Origin: Thermoproteota archaeon
Lineage (GTDB): Archaea > Korarchaeota > Korarchaeia > Korarchaeales > Korarchaeaceae
DNA: 64,000 nt
NCBI GenBank assembly: GCA_027491415.1
Contig: JAOZFH010000025.1
Location: 1-64,000, forward strand
Direction of reading: 5' to 3'
Shown here: one piece after another, positions 28,692 through 38,565 of the stretch
Layout of the letters: each line of letters begins with the position of its first letter
Numbering within the stretch: the first letter of the stretch is position 1
Position numbers and translations under genes: made by a program
The notes under the pieces: model-generated
Databases searched by the model: none
Told to the model about the DNA's origin: nothing
The model's input: the letters and a program-made list of their open reading frames with translations, nothing else

Positions 28692-28768
28692 GTCATCACC
28701 CGGTGCGCGTGGGGCACCAGGTGCGCCATCTTATAAGGGAGAGGTGAGGGCGGCGTCACCTGGTCCGG

Positions 28769-29215
28769 ATGACGGAACCTGGGTGGGCCGACTCGATCAT
28801 GGCCCTCGTAGAGGCCAAGATCGAGCACACGGTCAGGGGGATAGAGGAGACCCTCAGGCAGGTCTTGGAGAGGCGCGGGGTGAGCAGGGAGGAGCTCGTT
28901 TCCGCATTGGAGAGGCTTCAGGAGGGGTTCTCCCTGCTGTCCCAGCGCTGGGTGCTGCCGGTGATGATAGTCCTGCTCCTGGGGGGAGAGCAGAGGTTCA
29001 GCTCCCTCAAGAGGACCCTCGGCATTGGGTCTAGGGTGCTCACCGACAAGCTGAAGGCCCTGGAGCGCGCCGGCTTGGTGGTGAGGAGGGTCGAGCCCGG
29101 TCCCCCCATCTCGACATGGTACTCCCTGACGCCGCGCGGGAGGGAGATGGCCCTGCTGGCGATACCCCTCCTCTACCGGGCTGCGGCGACTCCGACCACG
29201 CCCGCGGACGGATAG
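28769..29215 (+). CDS. HxlR family winged-helix regulator
   Basis: RW...RFSSLKR...LTDKLKALE..GLV.R...YSLTPRG. Confidence 0.88.
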   Translation: MTEPGWADSIMALVEAKIEHTVRGIEETLRQVLERRGVSREELVSALERLQEGFSLLSQRWVLPVMIVLLLGGEQRFSSLKRTLGIGSRVLTDKLKALERAGLVVRRVEPGPPISTWYSLTPRGREMALLAIPLLYRAAATPTTPADG

Positions 29216-29262
29216 GAGGCCAAGAGGCGGAAAGTTTTATCTATGCCCCCCTCGGGAGGAGG

Positions 29263-30519
29263 GTGCCCCTCTACGACGTCATTGTCGTTGGCGCAGGTCC
29301 TTCTGGCTCTACGGCGGCCAGGCTGCTCTCAGAGAGTGGCTTTCGAGTCCTCCTGATTGAGAGGGCGCGCCACCCCAGGAGGAAGGTCTGCGGGGGAGCG
29401 CTGTCCCTGAGGGCGGTCCGGCGCTACGGCATTCCCATAGAAGAGGCCGCCGAGATAAGGGACGTCTTCCTGTGGGGACCAGGCGGAGCGGAAGTGGTTG
29501 TCCCCTCCGACAGGCCAGTCGGGTACCTCATGCCAAGGGAGAGGTTGGACGAGATTCTCTTCAGGAGGGCCCTCGAGTCCGGCGCGGAGGCCGCTCAGGG
29601 AGAGGCGGTCGTCAACGTGGATGTGTCCGGCGAGGGGGTGCTCGTGACGACGACGGGGGGCAGGTACTCGGCGAGGGCGGTGGTGGGCGCCGACGGCTTT
29701 GCCTCGAGGGTGAGAGAGTCTCTGGGCCTGACTCCGCGTGGGTGGTTCACCGATAACGCCTTCTGCCCCGTCTGCTACGTCCCCCTGGACTCAGCCGGGG
29801 AGCTGGCGGGAGACGCGGAATTCTACCTAGGCGTCTACGGCGAGGGATACGCGTGGATATTCAAGCACCGAGACCACCTGAACATCGGGATAGGGACCTT
29901 CTTGAGGAACTACAAGTCTCACCCGGCCACTCTCCTGGTCGAGTTCCTCCAACGGCACTCTGAGGCCTCCTCTAGGGTACTGGAGCCCCCCCAAGAGTCC
30001 AGGATCGTCGGCTCCTATATCCCATACAACGGCGCCATCCCAAAGACGTACTCGGAGAGGGCCCTCCTGGTCGGAGATTCAGCCGGTTTCGTCAGCACAC
30101 TGACCGGGGAGGGGATCTACCACGCCATGCTGTCCTCCGAGCTGGCCGTCGACGTCCTCTCAAGGTCCTTGGAGGAGGGGGATCTATCGGAAGAGCGGCT
30201 CTCCGAGTATCAGAGGAGGTGGCTGCAGGAGCCCGAGCTCGGTGAGATGCTCGCGTACGGGAAGCTCCTGAGAAACCTCCTTTTCAAAGATCCCAGGCTG
30301 CTCTCGAGAGTCCTCAAGGCCGCCTCCGAGGACGCGGAGCTGGCTAGACTGATAAGGGACATAGTGTTCGGCCTCAAGGGATACAAGGCAGGCGCCTGGG
30401 AGCTAGCGAGGAGGATACCGCTTCGTGTGGCAATGGACATGCTCCTGCTTGCTCCGGGGGACGTCTTCAGGCTTGCCGCCGGATCCTCCAGCCCATTCTT
30501 CGGGGGTGGTAAGGTCTGA
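29263..30519 (+). CDS. Geranylgeranyl reductase family FAD oxidoreductase (second paralog)
   Basis: YDVIVVGAGPSG, KVCGG, GADG, GYAWIF, GDSAG...TGEGI. Confidence 0.92.
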   Translation: MPLYDVIVVGAGPSGSTAARLLSESGFRVLLIERARHPRRKVCGGALSLRAVRRYGIPIEEAAEIRDVFLWGPGGAEVVVPSDRPVGYLMPRERLDEILFRRALESGAEAAQGEAVVNVDVSGEGVLVTTTGGRYSARAVVGADGFASRVRESLGLTPRGWFTDNAFCPVCYVPLDSAGELAGDAEFYLGVYGEGYAWIFKHRDHLNIGIGTFLRNYKSHPATLLVEFLQRHSEASSRVLEPPQESRIVGSYIPYNGAIPKTYSERALLVGDSAGFVSTLTGEGIYHAMLSSELAVDVLSRSLEEGDLSEERLSEYQRRWLQEPELGEMLAYGKLLRNLLFKDPRLLSRVLKAASEDAELARLIRDIVFGLKGYKAGAWELARRIPLRVAMDMLLLAPGDVFRLAAGSSSPFFGGGKV

Positions 30520-30941
30520 GGCTCAAGATCTCCTGTCCTAGGTGCGGAAGGGAGGAGGACCTCGGAGATCCCGAGAGGCTCGCGACCAAGGCGCTCGAGT
30601 CCCCAGCCAAAGTCGCGGTGGTGGCCCTGGATCACGGGAGTCACATCCTCTTGGTGATGGTGGACGAGAGGGGTCAGGTGGTGGGCACCGAGGTCTCAGA
30701 GAGGGCCTCGGCCGGCGGGGTTTTGGACCGGATCCGGATCAGGCCCCTCCCGTCCAAGAATCCCCCGAGCTTGGACGCCCTCTCCAGGGACGAGTGGAGG
30801 GTATTTGCCCTATGTGACGGGATCAGGACCACTCACGAGATATCGTCGATCCTCGGGATTCCCGAGGGGATGGTCCGCCTCATAGTGGAGTCCCTCAGGG
30901 CGAGGGGCTACCTGTCCGACGTGGTGGTGGAGGTGGGTTGA
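30516..30941 (+). CDS. Zn-binding (CPxC...H..H...VD..G.V) domain plus C-terminal wHTH
   Basis: Frame is open upstream of GTG 30618 and encodes LRLKISCPRCG...; CTG 30516 overlaps the previous TGA; C-terminal CDG.RT..EI. Confidence 0.7.
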   Translation: MRLKISCPRCGREEDLGDPERLATKALESPAKVAVVALDHGSHILLVMVDERGQVVGTEVSERASAGGVLDRIRIRPLPSKNPPSLDALSRDEWRVFALCDGIRTTHEISSILGIPEGMVRLIVESLRARGYLSDVVVEVG

Positions 30942-30942
30942 G

Positions 30943-31620
30943 TTGATCAGGTCGAGTCCTCTCGCGGTCCTGATAGCCAAGGCCAGGAAGAGGCTGGGAG
31001 GCAGCGTCGTGGACACCTTCACCCTCAACAGGGTCTACATGATGGCCGTGACCGAGATGTCCGAGTCGCACGGACCAGAGGAGAGCGCGAGGAGGCTGTT
31101 CGAGTGGGGCTACGCGATGGGCCACGCGTACCTCCTGAAGCTGGAGAAGGACCTGAAGGCCTACCCGCCCAACCTTCGAACCGTGAGGTTCATAGGAAGG
31201 CTGGCCTGGTACATGTTCTCGGGCAACGACCCGCAGGTTGAGGCCTGGGAGGAGCGGGGCCCGGGAGGCCTGTGGTTTCACCTGAGCATAAGGGACCCGA
31301 AGTCCCCCTGGGCCTCCGGGGTGAGCATGGGGAGGAGGATCTGCCACTACCCGGCCGGGGCCTACGAGGCCGCCGGGAGTACGTTCTTCGCCCTCGTGGA
31401 GGACATGGGACACTACGTCATCTCGAGGGAGACGAAGTGCATAGCCAGGGGGGACGAGCACTGCGAACTCACCTGGGTGGCCGTTCCCAAGTCCGTCCCG
31501 CTGGACGAGGCGATTAGGCGCCTGAGGCCGAGGTTCGGAGATTCGCTCGAGGAAATACCCCCTGAAGTGACCGCGGATCTATACAGGAGGGTGTTCGGTC
31601 GGGCCCCGGGTGGGGAGTGA
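30943..31620 (+). CDS. V4R domain protein
   Basis: LFEWGYAMG, ICHYPAGAYE, RETKCIARGDEHCE. Confidence 0.85.
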   Translation: MIRSSPLAVLIAKARKRLGGSVVDTFTLNRVYMMAVTEMSESHGPEESARRLFEWGYAMGHAYLLKLEKDLKAYPPNLRTVRFIGRLAWYMFSGNDPQVEAWEERGPGGLWFHLSIRDPKSPWASGVSMGRRICHYPAGAYEAAGSTFFALVEDMGHYVISRETKCIARGDEHCELTWVAVPKSVPLDEAIRRLRPRFGDSLEEIPPEVTADLYRRVFGRAPGGE

Positions 31621-31626
31621 GGCACG

Positions 31627-32151
31627 CTGAACCCGCTGGTGCCCTTCGGAGACCGCAGGCCCAGGGTTCACCACAGCTCCTTCGTGGATCCGGGCGCCAG
31701 GATCTCCGGGGACGTCGAGATAGGGCCGAGGTGCGCGATCCTCTTTGGCGCGGCGGTTCGAGGGGACGACGAGCCGGTGAGGATACTTGAGCGCTCTGTG
31801 GTCCTCGAGCACGCCCTGATCGAGGCTCCAAGTGGTCACCCGGTCGTGGTGGGCCCTGGAGCCCTGATCTCCCACGGCGCCATAGTCCACGGCGCGGAGG
31901 TTCGGAGGGGGGCTCTCGTCGGGATAGGCGCCATAGTGCTCGACGGCGCCGTCGTCGGGGAGGAGTCGATCGTGGCCGCCGGGGCGGTGGTCCCACCCGG
32001 GAGGGTGGTAGAGCCCGGGTGGCTCGTCGCGGGAATCCCGGCCAGGCCTGTCAGGGATGTCTCCGCTGACGAGAGATCTCGAACCGCCGAAGAGATTGAG
32101 AGGGTCCTGGCAAAGGCGGAGGTCTATAGGAGGCACTTGGAGTGCCCATGA
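31627..32151 (+). CDS. Gamma carbonic anhydrase family hexapeptide-repeat protein
   Basis: VRGD, HGAIVHG, GIPAR; start CTG 31627 or GTG 31639. Confidence 0.9.
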   Translation: MNPLVPFGDRRPRVHHSSFVDPGARISGDVEIGPRCAILFGAAVRGDDEPVRILERSVVLEHALIEAPSGHPVVVGPGALISHGAIVHGAEVRRGALVGIGAIVLDGAVVGEESIVAAGAVVPPGRVVEPGWLVAGIPARPVRDVSADERSRTAEEIERVLAKAEVYRRHLECP

Positions 32152-32157
32152 TGGGCC

Positions 32158-32751
32158 TCACTCCAGACTGGCGTGTCTGCGGGCTATGTCCTCCTCGGTC
32201 TTCCCGAGCCTGCTGGCGAGTTCGGAGACGAGCGCGTCGCAGAAGATCATGGTGGACAGCTCGAAGAGAGTGCCTAGGGGGGTGAGGGGCTCGTGGATTC
32301 CCATTATCTGTCTGGACTCGTAGTCGGTTGTGGTCTCCGGCTTGATTCTACCCCTTATCGTGACGACAACATCCGCGAGCCTTCCTATCGTGGAGTCGGG
32401 GTAGCTCGTGATCGCCGCTATGACGCCGCCCAGCTTCTTGGCCTCTCTGGCTATGGTGCTAGGATAGAGGGTCTCCCCTGAGCCGCTTATCACGATGAGC
32501 AGGTCTCCGGGGTCCATCCTGGGAGTGGTGGTTTCCCCGACCACGTGCACCGAGAAGCCCAGATGCATCAGCCTCATTGCGAACGCTCTGGCCACCAGGC
32601 CGGACCTGCCGGCGCCGACGACGAATATACTCCGGTCACCCAGCGTCCTGAGGATAGCCGCGGCCAGCCTGTCGACCGCCCCCTCGTCCAAGGTGGCGAG
32701 GTTCTCCCTCAGGGTGTCAATCAGCAGGAGCGCCCTCTCTCTGACTCCCAG
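32158..32751 (-). CDS. hxlB: 6-phospho-3-hexuloisomerase
   Basis: GAGRSG, FAMRLMHLG, SGSGET, PLGTLFE, RHASLE; probable CTG start. Confidence 0.93.
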   Translation of the reverse strand: MGVRERALLLIDTLRENLATLDEGAVDRLAAAILRTLGDRSIFVVGAGRSGLVARAFAMRLMHLGFSVHVVGETTTPRMDPGDLLIVISGSGETLYPSTIAREAKKLGGVIAAITSYPDSTIGRLADVVVTIRGRIKPETTTDYESRQIMGIHEPLTPLGTLFELSTMIFCDALVSELASRLGKTEEDIARRHASLE

Positions 32752-32811
32752 GGCGATCCCCTCTGCCCGTCCCGCTCACCAAATATATTGTTGCCCCGGC
32801 CGCATTCGGGT

Positions 32812-33438
32812 GTGGAGGTCTTCGTATCCCTGGACGTGGTTGAACTTGGGCGCGCCATAAGGATAGCCCTCGAGGCTTGGAGCGCCGGAATAAGGCACAT
32901 CGAGGTTGGGACCCCGCTCATAAAGTCCGAGGGGGTCCGCGCCATCAGGGCCCTCAGGGAGGCGCTGCCGGAGGCCGTGATATTCGCCGACACGAAAACG
33001 GCCGACGTGGGGTCTTTAGAGGCTCGAATGGCCCTAGAGGCGGGGGCGGACATAATGAGCGTGCTGGGGGCAGCTCCCGACGCCACCATAAGGTCCGCGG
33101 TGGCGGCAGCCCGCGAACTCGGCGGAACCGTTCTAGTGGACAGCTTGGGGCTGGGAGACAGGATCTTCGAGAGGGCAAGGGTCGCCTCGAGGCTGGGCGC
33201 TGAGATGATATGCCTCCACAAGGGCGTAGACGAGGGGGTCTTTTCAGATGAGGGCCTCCTAACCGAGCTCAGGGGTCTCGGCGTAAAGATAGGCGCGGCG
33301 GGCGGACTTGACCCCGAGGGCGTCTCCAAGCTGGTTGGGCTGGCGGACTTCGTCATGGTCGGGAGGTACGTTACCGGCAGTGAGGACCCCAGGGGGGCGG
33401 CCGCTCGGGTGCTGGAGGCGGCTCGCAACTCACGTTAG
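32812..33438 (+). CDS. hxlA: 3-hexulose-6-phosphate synthase (OMPDC-like barrel)
   Basis: SLD, IEVGTPLIKSEG, ADTKTADVG, HKGVD, AGGL, VGR; divergent from the isomerase gene. Confidence 0.88.
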   Translation: MEVFVSLDVVELGRAIRIALEAWSAGIRHIEVGTPLIKSEGVRAIRALREALPEAVIFADTKTADVGSLEARMALEAGADIMSVLGAAPDATIRSAVAAARELGGTVLVDSLGLGDRIFERARVASRLGAEMICLHKGVDEGVFSDEGLLTELRGLGVKIGAAGGLDPEGVSKLVGLADFVMVGRYVTGSEDPRGAAARVLEAARNSR

Positions 33439-33472
33439 CTCTCACCGCACACCTGACGAGAGATCTGCTCTC

Positions 33473-34828
33473 CTATCTTTTCCTGAGGAACCTGATTCTT
33501 CCCTCAGAGAGTTCCATCAAGTACCTGACGCCCTGGATCCCCAACCTCCTAGACTTTAGCACAGACGCCTCTCTTAGGAGGACGCCATCCCTCTCCGTCA
33601 CCCTGAGGAGGATCACGGTGTCCGCGTAGAGAGAAGCCGCCCTCGTGTCCTTCTCGAAGTGCCCGCTTCCAAGCTGCGTGCACAGGATCGTTATCCCTCT
33701 CTCCTTGGCCATCCACTGGAGGTACCTGGTGAAGTCTATGAGGCCTTCTCTCCCGACAGCGTGTTCGATCGCGGTAAGGCTGTCCACGAGCACGAATTCG
33801 GATTGGTTTTCGTCCACCAGTTCCTCTATCAGCTCGAACTGCTCCACCGGCCCGAGCGCCTGAGGAACCACAGACGCCACCTGCACCTCGTCCTCTTCGG
33901 CCATCCCGAAGGACTTGGCAAGCTTCACGACGGTTCCCTTGGAGGCCTCAAAGGACACGATGAGTGATCTCCGGCCCATCTTGGCCGCCGACACCGCCAG
34001 CGAGACTCCGAGGACTGTCTTGCCAGACCCAACCGGTCCCTCCAGTATGTTGAGCGAGGACCTCGGCAGCCCGCCGCCGAGCATCTCGTCGAGCCCGTCG
34101 ATCCCCGTGGAGACGAGGTCCAACGGTTCCTCCGTGTCCAAGGAGTGAGGTAGCGTGATCACCCGCGCGCCCCCGCGCCTGGCGGAGATGGAGAACATGA
34201 TGACAGGCTCCCGCGGGGAGGCCATCCTGACCTTCGCTATCTTGGCCTTTCTAACCAGTCCGCCCCTCTCCCCCTCCGACAGGTAGAGGTCCACCACGGC
34301 GTCGGCGAGGAACTCCACGCCGAGGAGCATGGGCCTCTTGAGAGCATCGGGAACAACCGTAGCCACAACGGTGGCCCCCGCCTGCTCCGCCGAGGTAATA
34401 AGCCTCTGAGAGAGTATCCTCTGCGCCGAGCTCACCCCCAGGACCGCGAGTACTTGGGAGAGCCCGTCGATAAACACCCGATCCGGTTTAAGCTGCTCGA
34501 TCTCGTCCGCCATGGAGAAGAGGGCCATCTCGGCCTCTACTGGGGAGCCGGGGATTCCGAGGGACTTCACCCTCAGGCGCTCATCCTCTAGGAAGATATC
34601 CAGATCCCTGTGGAGGGAGGACGCCTGGAGGATAAGCTTCCTCTCGGGGTACCCGACCGCCAGGGCCAGGCACCTCTCCCCCGCCCGGCAGCCTTCGTGC
34701 AGGAACTGGATCCCGAGAACGGTCTTCCCACTCCCCGGGTCTCCGGTTACCAGAATCAGAGAGCCCGGTCCGAGTCCCTCTAACGCCTCATCGAGCGGCT
34801 CTATTCCGAAGAAAGTCCTCACTACCAT
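33473..34828 (-). CDS. KaiC-like double-domain RecA-superfamily ATPase
   Basis: GDPGSGKT and GPVGSGKT Walker A motifs, STGIDGLDEMLGGG, K-R motifs. Confidence 0.9.
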   Translation of the reverse strand: MVVRTFFGIEPLDEALEGLGPGSLILVTGDPGSGKTVLGIQFLHEGCRAGERCLALAVGYPERKLILQASSLHRDLDIFLEDERLRVKSLGIPGSPVEAEMALFSMADEIEQLKPDRVFIDGLSQVLAVLGVSSAQRILSQRLITSAEQAGATVVATVVPDALKRPMLLGVEFLADAVVDLYLSEGERGGLVRKAKIAKVRMASPREPVIMFSISARRGGARVITLPHSLDTEEPLDLVSTGIDGLDEMLGGGLPRSSLNILEGPVGSGKTVLGVSLAVSAAKMGRRSLIVSFEASKGTVVKLAKSFGMAEEDEVQVASVVPQALGPVEQFELIEELVDENQSEFVLVDSLTAIEHAVGREGLIDFTRYLQWMAKERGITILCTQLGSGHFEKDTRAASLYADTVILLRVTERDGVLLREASVLKSRRLGIQGVRYLMELSEGRIRFLRKR

Positions 34829-35066
34829 TGTCGCAGACTGCTACATCCTTCTACAAAAAATTATATTAATTTATATTGATTCAGGGCCTTTACAGCGGTG
34901 AAAATTTGTTCAGATTCAAAGATCGACATGGGCTCTCGCAGGCTTTCAGGCTGGGCCCACGCGCCCAGTTCAGGTTGAGAGCAGCCGGAGGCTTTGAATA
35001 CTGGTCTTACTAAAGCTCGGACGTTTCATCCCAATGTTTAAATCCCGACATCATAGCAAACAAAAT

Positions 35067-35645
35067 TCATTTTACGAGGTCACCGCCCTCCCCCAGGCTC
35101 CTGATGAGCTCGGGAGGCACCCACTCCGTCAGATAGATGAGATCTGAGCCCCTCCACACCCTCATACCTCTCCGGACAAGACCCTGAGCATCCACCCCGA
35201 GGACAACTACGTCACTTCCGTGCCTCCTGCCGACCTCCACGGCCACCTCCGGGGTCGCAGAGAGGTGAACGAACCTGCGCCTCATGGGCTTGATCCCCTC
35301 CCTGAGGATCTTGCTGAGCGCTCTCCTGGTCGTGCCGTGGTACAGTACCGGTGGAGGGTCCTCAAGTGGATCCCCGGGTGGGAGGACCGGTACGCTGTGG
35401 CCGTAAGTCGCTCTTATTCTACCGCCCTTAATTTCGAACCTCCCGCGAGGATCGCGCATCACGACCATCTCGATGTCCCCCGCGGTGACCCACTCGAACC
35501 CGCGGAGGCGGGATATCCTTCTGGCTAGTTCGCCAACATCTACGTCGGAGAATCCGAACTCGTCCAGCCTAATCCCCATCAACTCCGGCCTGTGCCTGAG
35601 TACGAGGGTGAGCAGCTTGCTCAACCTCCTCATCCTCTCATCCAT
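35067..35645 (-). CDS. kptA: RNA 2'-phosphotransferase (Tpt1/KptA)
   Basis: LRHRP, RF, IRATYGHS, LYHGT, VHLS, RRH. Confidence 0.95.
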   Translation of the reverse strand: MDERMRRLSKLLTLVLRHRPELMGIRLDEFGFSDVDVGELARRISRLRGFEWVTAGDIEMVVMRDPRGRFEIKGGRIRATYGHSVPVLPPGDPLEDPPPVLYHGTTRRALSKILREGIKPMRRRFVHLSATPEVAVEVGRRHGSDVVVLGVDAQGLVRRGMRVWRGSDLIYLTEWVPPELIRSLGEGGDLVK

Positions 35646-35710
35646 CTACCTCATTTAGCGACCGCGGCGGGATCGTTTATACGATTTACCGCTCCCAATC
35701 GGAGCCTGAG

Positions 35711-36316
35711 ATGTCAGTGGCAGAGGTGGGGGGACTACTCGCTTCCCTGGGAATGCTCGCAGCGAGCGGCCTTATCTCAGCCGCCTACCTGATGCAGGGA
35801 CTCGCAAGCTCAGCGATCTCGAGGGCAATCCGCGCACCCATGGCCGAGCGAAGACCTCTAGACAGAGTCTACACGCTCACTTGGATTCTCGCGGCCGCCG
35901 TGGCAGCGTGGATCTCACGGAAGTCCGGCATATTCACGGTTCTCGCCGTGGCACCGGCCTTCAAGAGCGGCGCGGACTTGGGAAGCAGGGCAGTCTACTC
36001 AGTGCACGATCTCACTCTGCTCGGTCAGGCCAGAGGACTCCGCTCGGCCGTTTCGAGGGCGCTCGCCCTAGCCTCCCTACCCAGTCTCTTCTTCCTCCTC
36101 AGCTGGTGGCTCCTCCGGCAGGCAGCCTCGCTGGCCGTCAAGGTGGTCCTCGGCCTGCGGCTGGATCTCGTTGCTCTGACCTTCTGGCTGCTCGGGGTGG
36201 CGTTCGGACTGGCGTTTGGCGCGGCGAGATCGCGCGGCGAGTCCGGCTTACTCCTCAGGGGGGAGCTGGCGTTGGTGCTGGGATCTAAGGCGCGAGAGGC
36301 TTTCTCGCCTGGCTAG
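35711..36316 (+). CDS. Hypothetical membrane protein
   Basis: Four to five hydrophobic segments. Confidence 0.6.
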   Translation: MSVAEVGGLLASLGMLAASGLISAAYLMQGLASSAISRAIRAPMAERRPLDRVYTLTWILAAAVAAWISRKSGIFTVLAVAPAFKSGADLGSRAVYSVHDLTLLGQARGLRSAVSRALALASLPSLFFLLSWWLLRQAASLAVKVVLGLRLDLVALTFWLLGVAFGLAFGAARSRGESGLLLRGELALVLGSKAREAFSPG

Positions 36317-36371
36317 CGCTCACGGGTGAACGAGAAGGATAATTTCGTGAACCAGACGGTTAGGGAGTGGG

Positions 36372-37034
36372 ATGCCGAGATCGGTCAGGTCGGGCGAGGG
36401 CGGCGGCGTGGTGATTCGCGGCAGCGGCGTCTACAGGGAGGGGGAGGAACTCAGGGTCGCGGGCTCGGCCAGGGCCGGCGCCGATGTAGTGGCGAGGAGA
36501 GTCTCGGTGGCCGGGAGGCTCGCCGTTAAAGGGGTCCTCAAGTCTGAGACTGTCTCCATTGCGGGCACCCTGAGCGCCGGGGGAGTGGAGTGCAGGCGGC
36601 TCTCTGTGGCTGGCCTGGCCAGGATCGACGGCAGGCTTGTGGCGGAAGTCGTCAAAGTCGGCGGTCGGCTCGAGTCCAAAGAAATCCTCTCGAAGCTGGT
36701 GAAGATTGGTGGCTCCGTCCGAGCGGGTTCTATAGAGGCCGACGAGCTCGAGATAAATCTGGGGGGATCCTCAGAGGTCAGAAGGATCTCGGCCAAGACC
36801 GTGAGGATAAGTCCCAAGAGGGACCTGATGGGGCTCTTGATGCCCTCAAAGAGGAAGCTGAGGGCCGAGAGAATAGAGGGAAAGCAGGTGTACCTCTCTC
36901 GGGTCACGTGCGAGGAGGTCGTGGGAGAGCGTGTGCTCGTGGGGCCGGTGTGCCGGATCCGCAGGGTGGTCTACAGCGAGGTCGTGAAGGTTTCCGACCG
37001 GGCCAGGGTGCTGGAGCTGGTCAAGGCCAAGTAG
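36372..37034 (+). CDS. Bactofilin-like beta-helical protein (YhbE/YhbF-like)
   Basis: Repeating V/I-x-G-x-x turns; RIEG..VYL...VVGERV.VGP.CRI..V.YS tail. Confidence 0.75.
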   Translation: MPRSVRSGEGGGVVIRGSGVYREGEELRVAGSARAGADVVARRVSVAGRLAVKGVLKSETVSIAGTLSAGGVECRRLSVAGLARIDGRLVAEVVKVGGRLESKEILSKLVKIGGSVRAGSIEADELEINLGGSSEVRRISAKTVRISPKRDLMGLLMPSKRKLRAERIEGKQVYLSRVTCEEVVGERVLVGPVCRIRRVVYSEVVKVSDRARVLELVKAK

Positions 37035-37040
37035 GCGGGG

Positions 37041-37655
37041 CTACCTCCCTCCGAATCTGGCCCGCTCGCTCAGCATCCTCTCGTAGTCGGCCCTTGTCAC
37101 GACGACCTCGCGGCCGCAGTGCTCGCACGTGAACCTCACCGCCTCCTCTCCCTCGCGTGGCTCTCCGCGGAGGGGCCTCCCGCAGTAGCACACGAACCCG
37201 ATGAGCCGAGCCGGGTTTCCAACCACTAGGCCGTGGGGAGGGACATCCCTCGTGACCACCGATCCGGCGGCCACCATGGAGTACTCCCCTATGGTCACCC
37301 CGCAAACGACCGTGGCGTTGGCCCCTATGCTCGCGCCCCTCTTGACGCGGGTGGGCACCACCTCCCAGTCGACGTTGAATGACCTTGGGTACTTGTCGTT
37401 GGTGAAGGTGACGTGCGGCCCGATGAAGGCGTCGTCCTCGATGGTCACCCCCCTGAAGACCGAGACGCCGTTCTCTATCTTCACCCCGTCGCCTATCTCG
37501 ACCCCGGCGTCGACGTACACGTCCTTGCCGAGGACGCAGTTCCTTCCGATCTTTGCTCCGCTCCTCACGTGCGCGAAGTGCCACACCTTGGTGCCCTCCC
37601 CGATCCGGGCCCCTGGCTCCACGACCGCCTTCTCGTGAACGAAGGCCCTACCCAT
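37041..37655 (-). CDS. Hexapeptide-repeat sugar N-acetyltransferase (WbpD/WlbB-like) with C-terminal Zn ribbon
   Basis: VWHF, FTNDKYPR, GNPAR, CYCG...CEHC. Confidence 0.9.
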   Translation of the reverse strand: MGRAFVHEKAVVEPGARIGEGTKVWHFAHVRSGAKIGRNCVLGKDVYVDAGVEIGDGVKIENGVSVFRGVTIEDDAFIGPHVTFTNDKYPRSFNVDWEVVPTRVKRGASIGANATVVCGVTIGEYSMVAAGSVVTRDVPPHGLVVGNPARLIGFVCYCGRPLRGEPREGEEAVRFTCEHCGREVVVTRADYERMLSERARFGGR

Positions 37656-37715
37656 CACGACACCCCCGCGCACCGCCGCATCAAGTCATTAATCCACACG
37701 GTCAGATCCCTCCGG

Positions 37716-38534
37716 CTACCCAAATCCCCCGGCGGCGGGCGCGAACCTGAAGTTCAGGGGGTCTAGGAAGTACTTGGGCACGATCGGACTCAGAGGGTAC
37801 TTCAGGGCGAGCCACCCCTGGAAGATCATGATGGCGGCCGTCGCCCAGGCAGAGTTCTCCCTCTCCAGACCTACCGAGTACCTGAAGGCCCTGTAGATCA
37901 GGAACGCCTCCCAGACGAGGAAGGCCGCGCCAACGATGGCCGAAGTGGTGAGATCGAAGGAGTAGTATCTTTGAAGGTCGCTTAGAGTTTTGACTGAGAG
38001 TTCTTGGAGGAGCTTCGGCGAATAGGCCACGCTGAGATCGTATAGGATCACAAGGTTCCCGACCGTCAGGCGCTTCGCCGCGACTAGGGCGACCGCCCTG
38101 AGGGCCTCGGGCACCAAGACGGGGCTGGTGGCCATGACGGCCGCAGATAGGGGAAGATCTCGCCCCATTCTGCGCGCCACGTACGAGGCCAGGGCCCCCC
38201 TCACGACCATCAGGAGCCCCATCAGGGCCGGAATGATGAACGCGCTGGCGACCGCCTGGAGGGTCATGGCCCTGTCGCTGTAGAAGATCACGTCGATGTT
38301 CGCCACCCAAGGCGGGAGGTTCGCCACCTCGTAGCGTATGCCCGAGTCCAAGGCGAGCTTAGACGCGAGCACTACGACGGACTGCACGACCCACATCGAA
38401 ACAAGGATTTTCAGGCTGGACGCCCGCCCTAGCTTGACGTAGAGTTCCTTGCTTCCGATGAAGGCCCCTCTCAGATACTCGCTGAACGTGTAGAAGGCCT
38501 CGGCTCCCAGCAGCCTCTCGCCCTCGGCATCCAC
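37716..38534 (-). CDS. Multi-pass membrane protein, possibly Yip1-like
   Basis: About five TM segments in a Yip1-like arrangement. Confidence 0.55.
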   Translation of the reverse strand: MDAEGERLLGAEAFYTFSEYLRGAFIGSKELYVKLGRASSLKILVSMWVVQSVVVLASKLALDSGIRYEVANLPPWVANIDVIFYSDRAMTLQAVASAFIIPALMGLLMVVRGALASYVARRMGRDLPLSAAVMATSPVLVPEALRAVALVAAKRLTVGNLVILYDLSVAYSPKLLQELSVKTLSDLQRYYSFDLTTSAIVGAAFLVWEAFLIYRAFRYSVGLERENSAWATAAIMIFQGWLALKYPLSPIVPKYFLDPLNFRFAPAAGGFG

Positions 38535-38565
38535 ACGGTGCCCAGAGACGATCGCGGAAAAAAGG

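Noticed and set aside
25887-28736. Long antisense ORFs over topA and the GGR (also 49371-50564 and many others)
   Set aside because: No motifs; expected from high-GC codon bias opposite real genes
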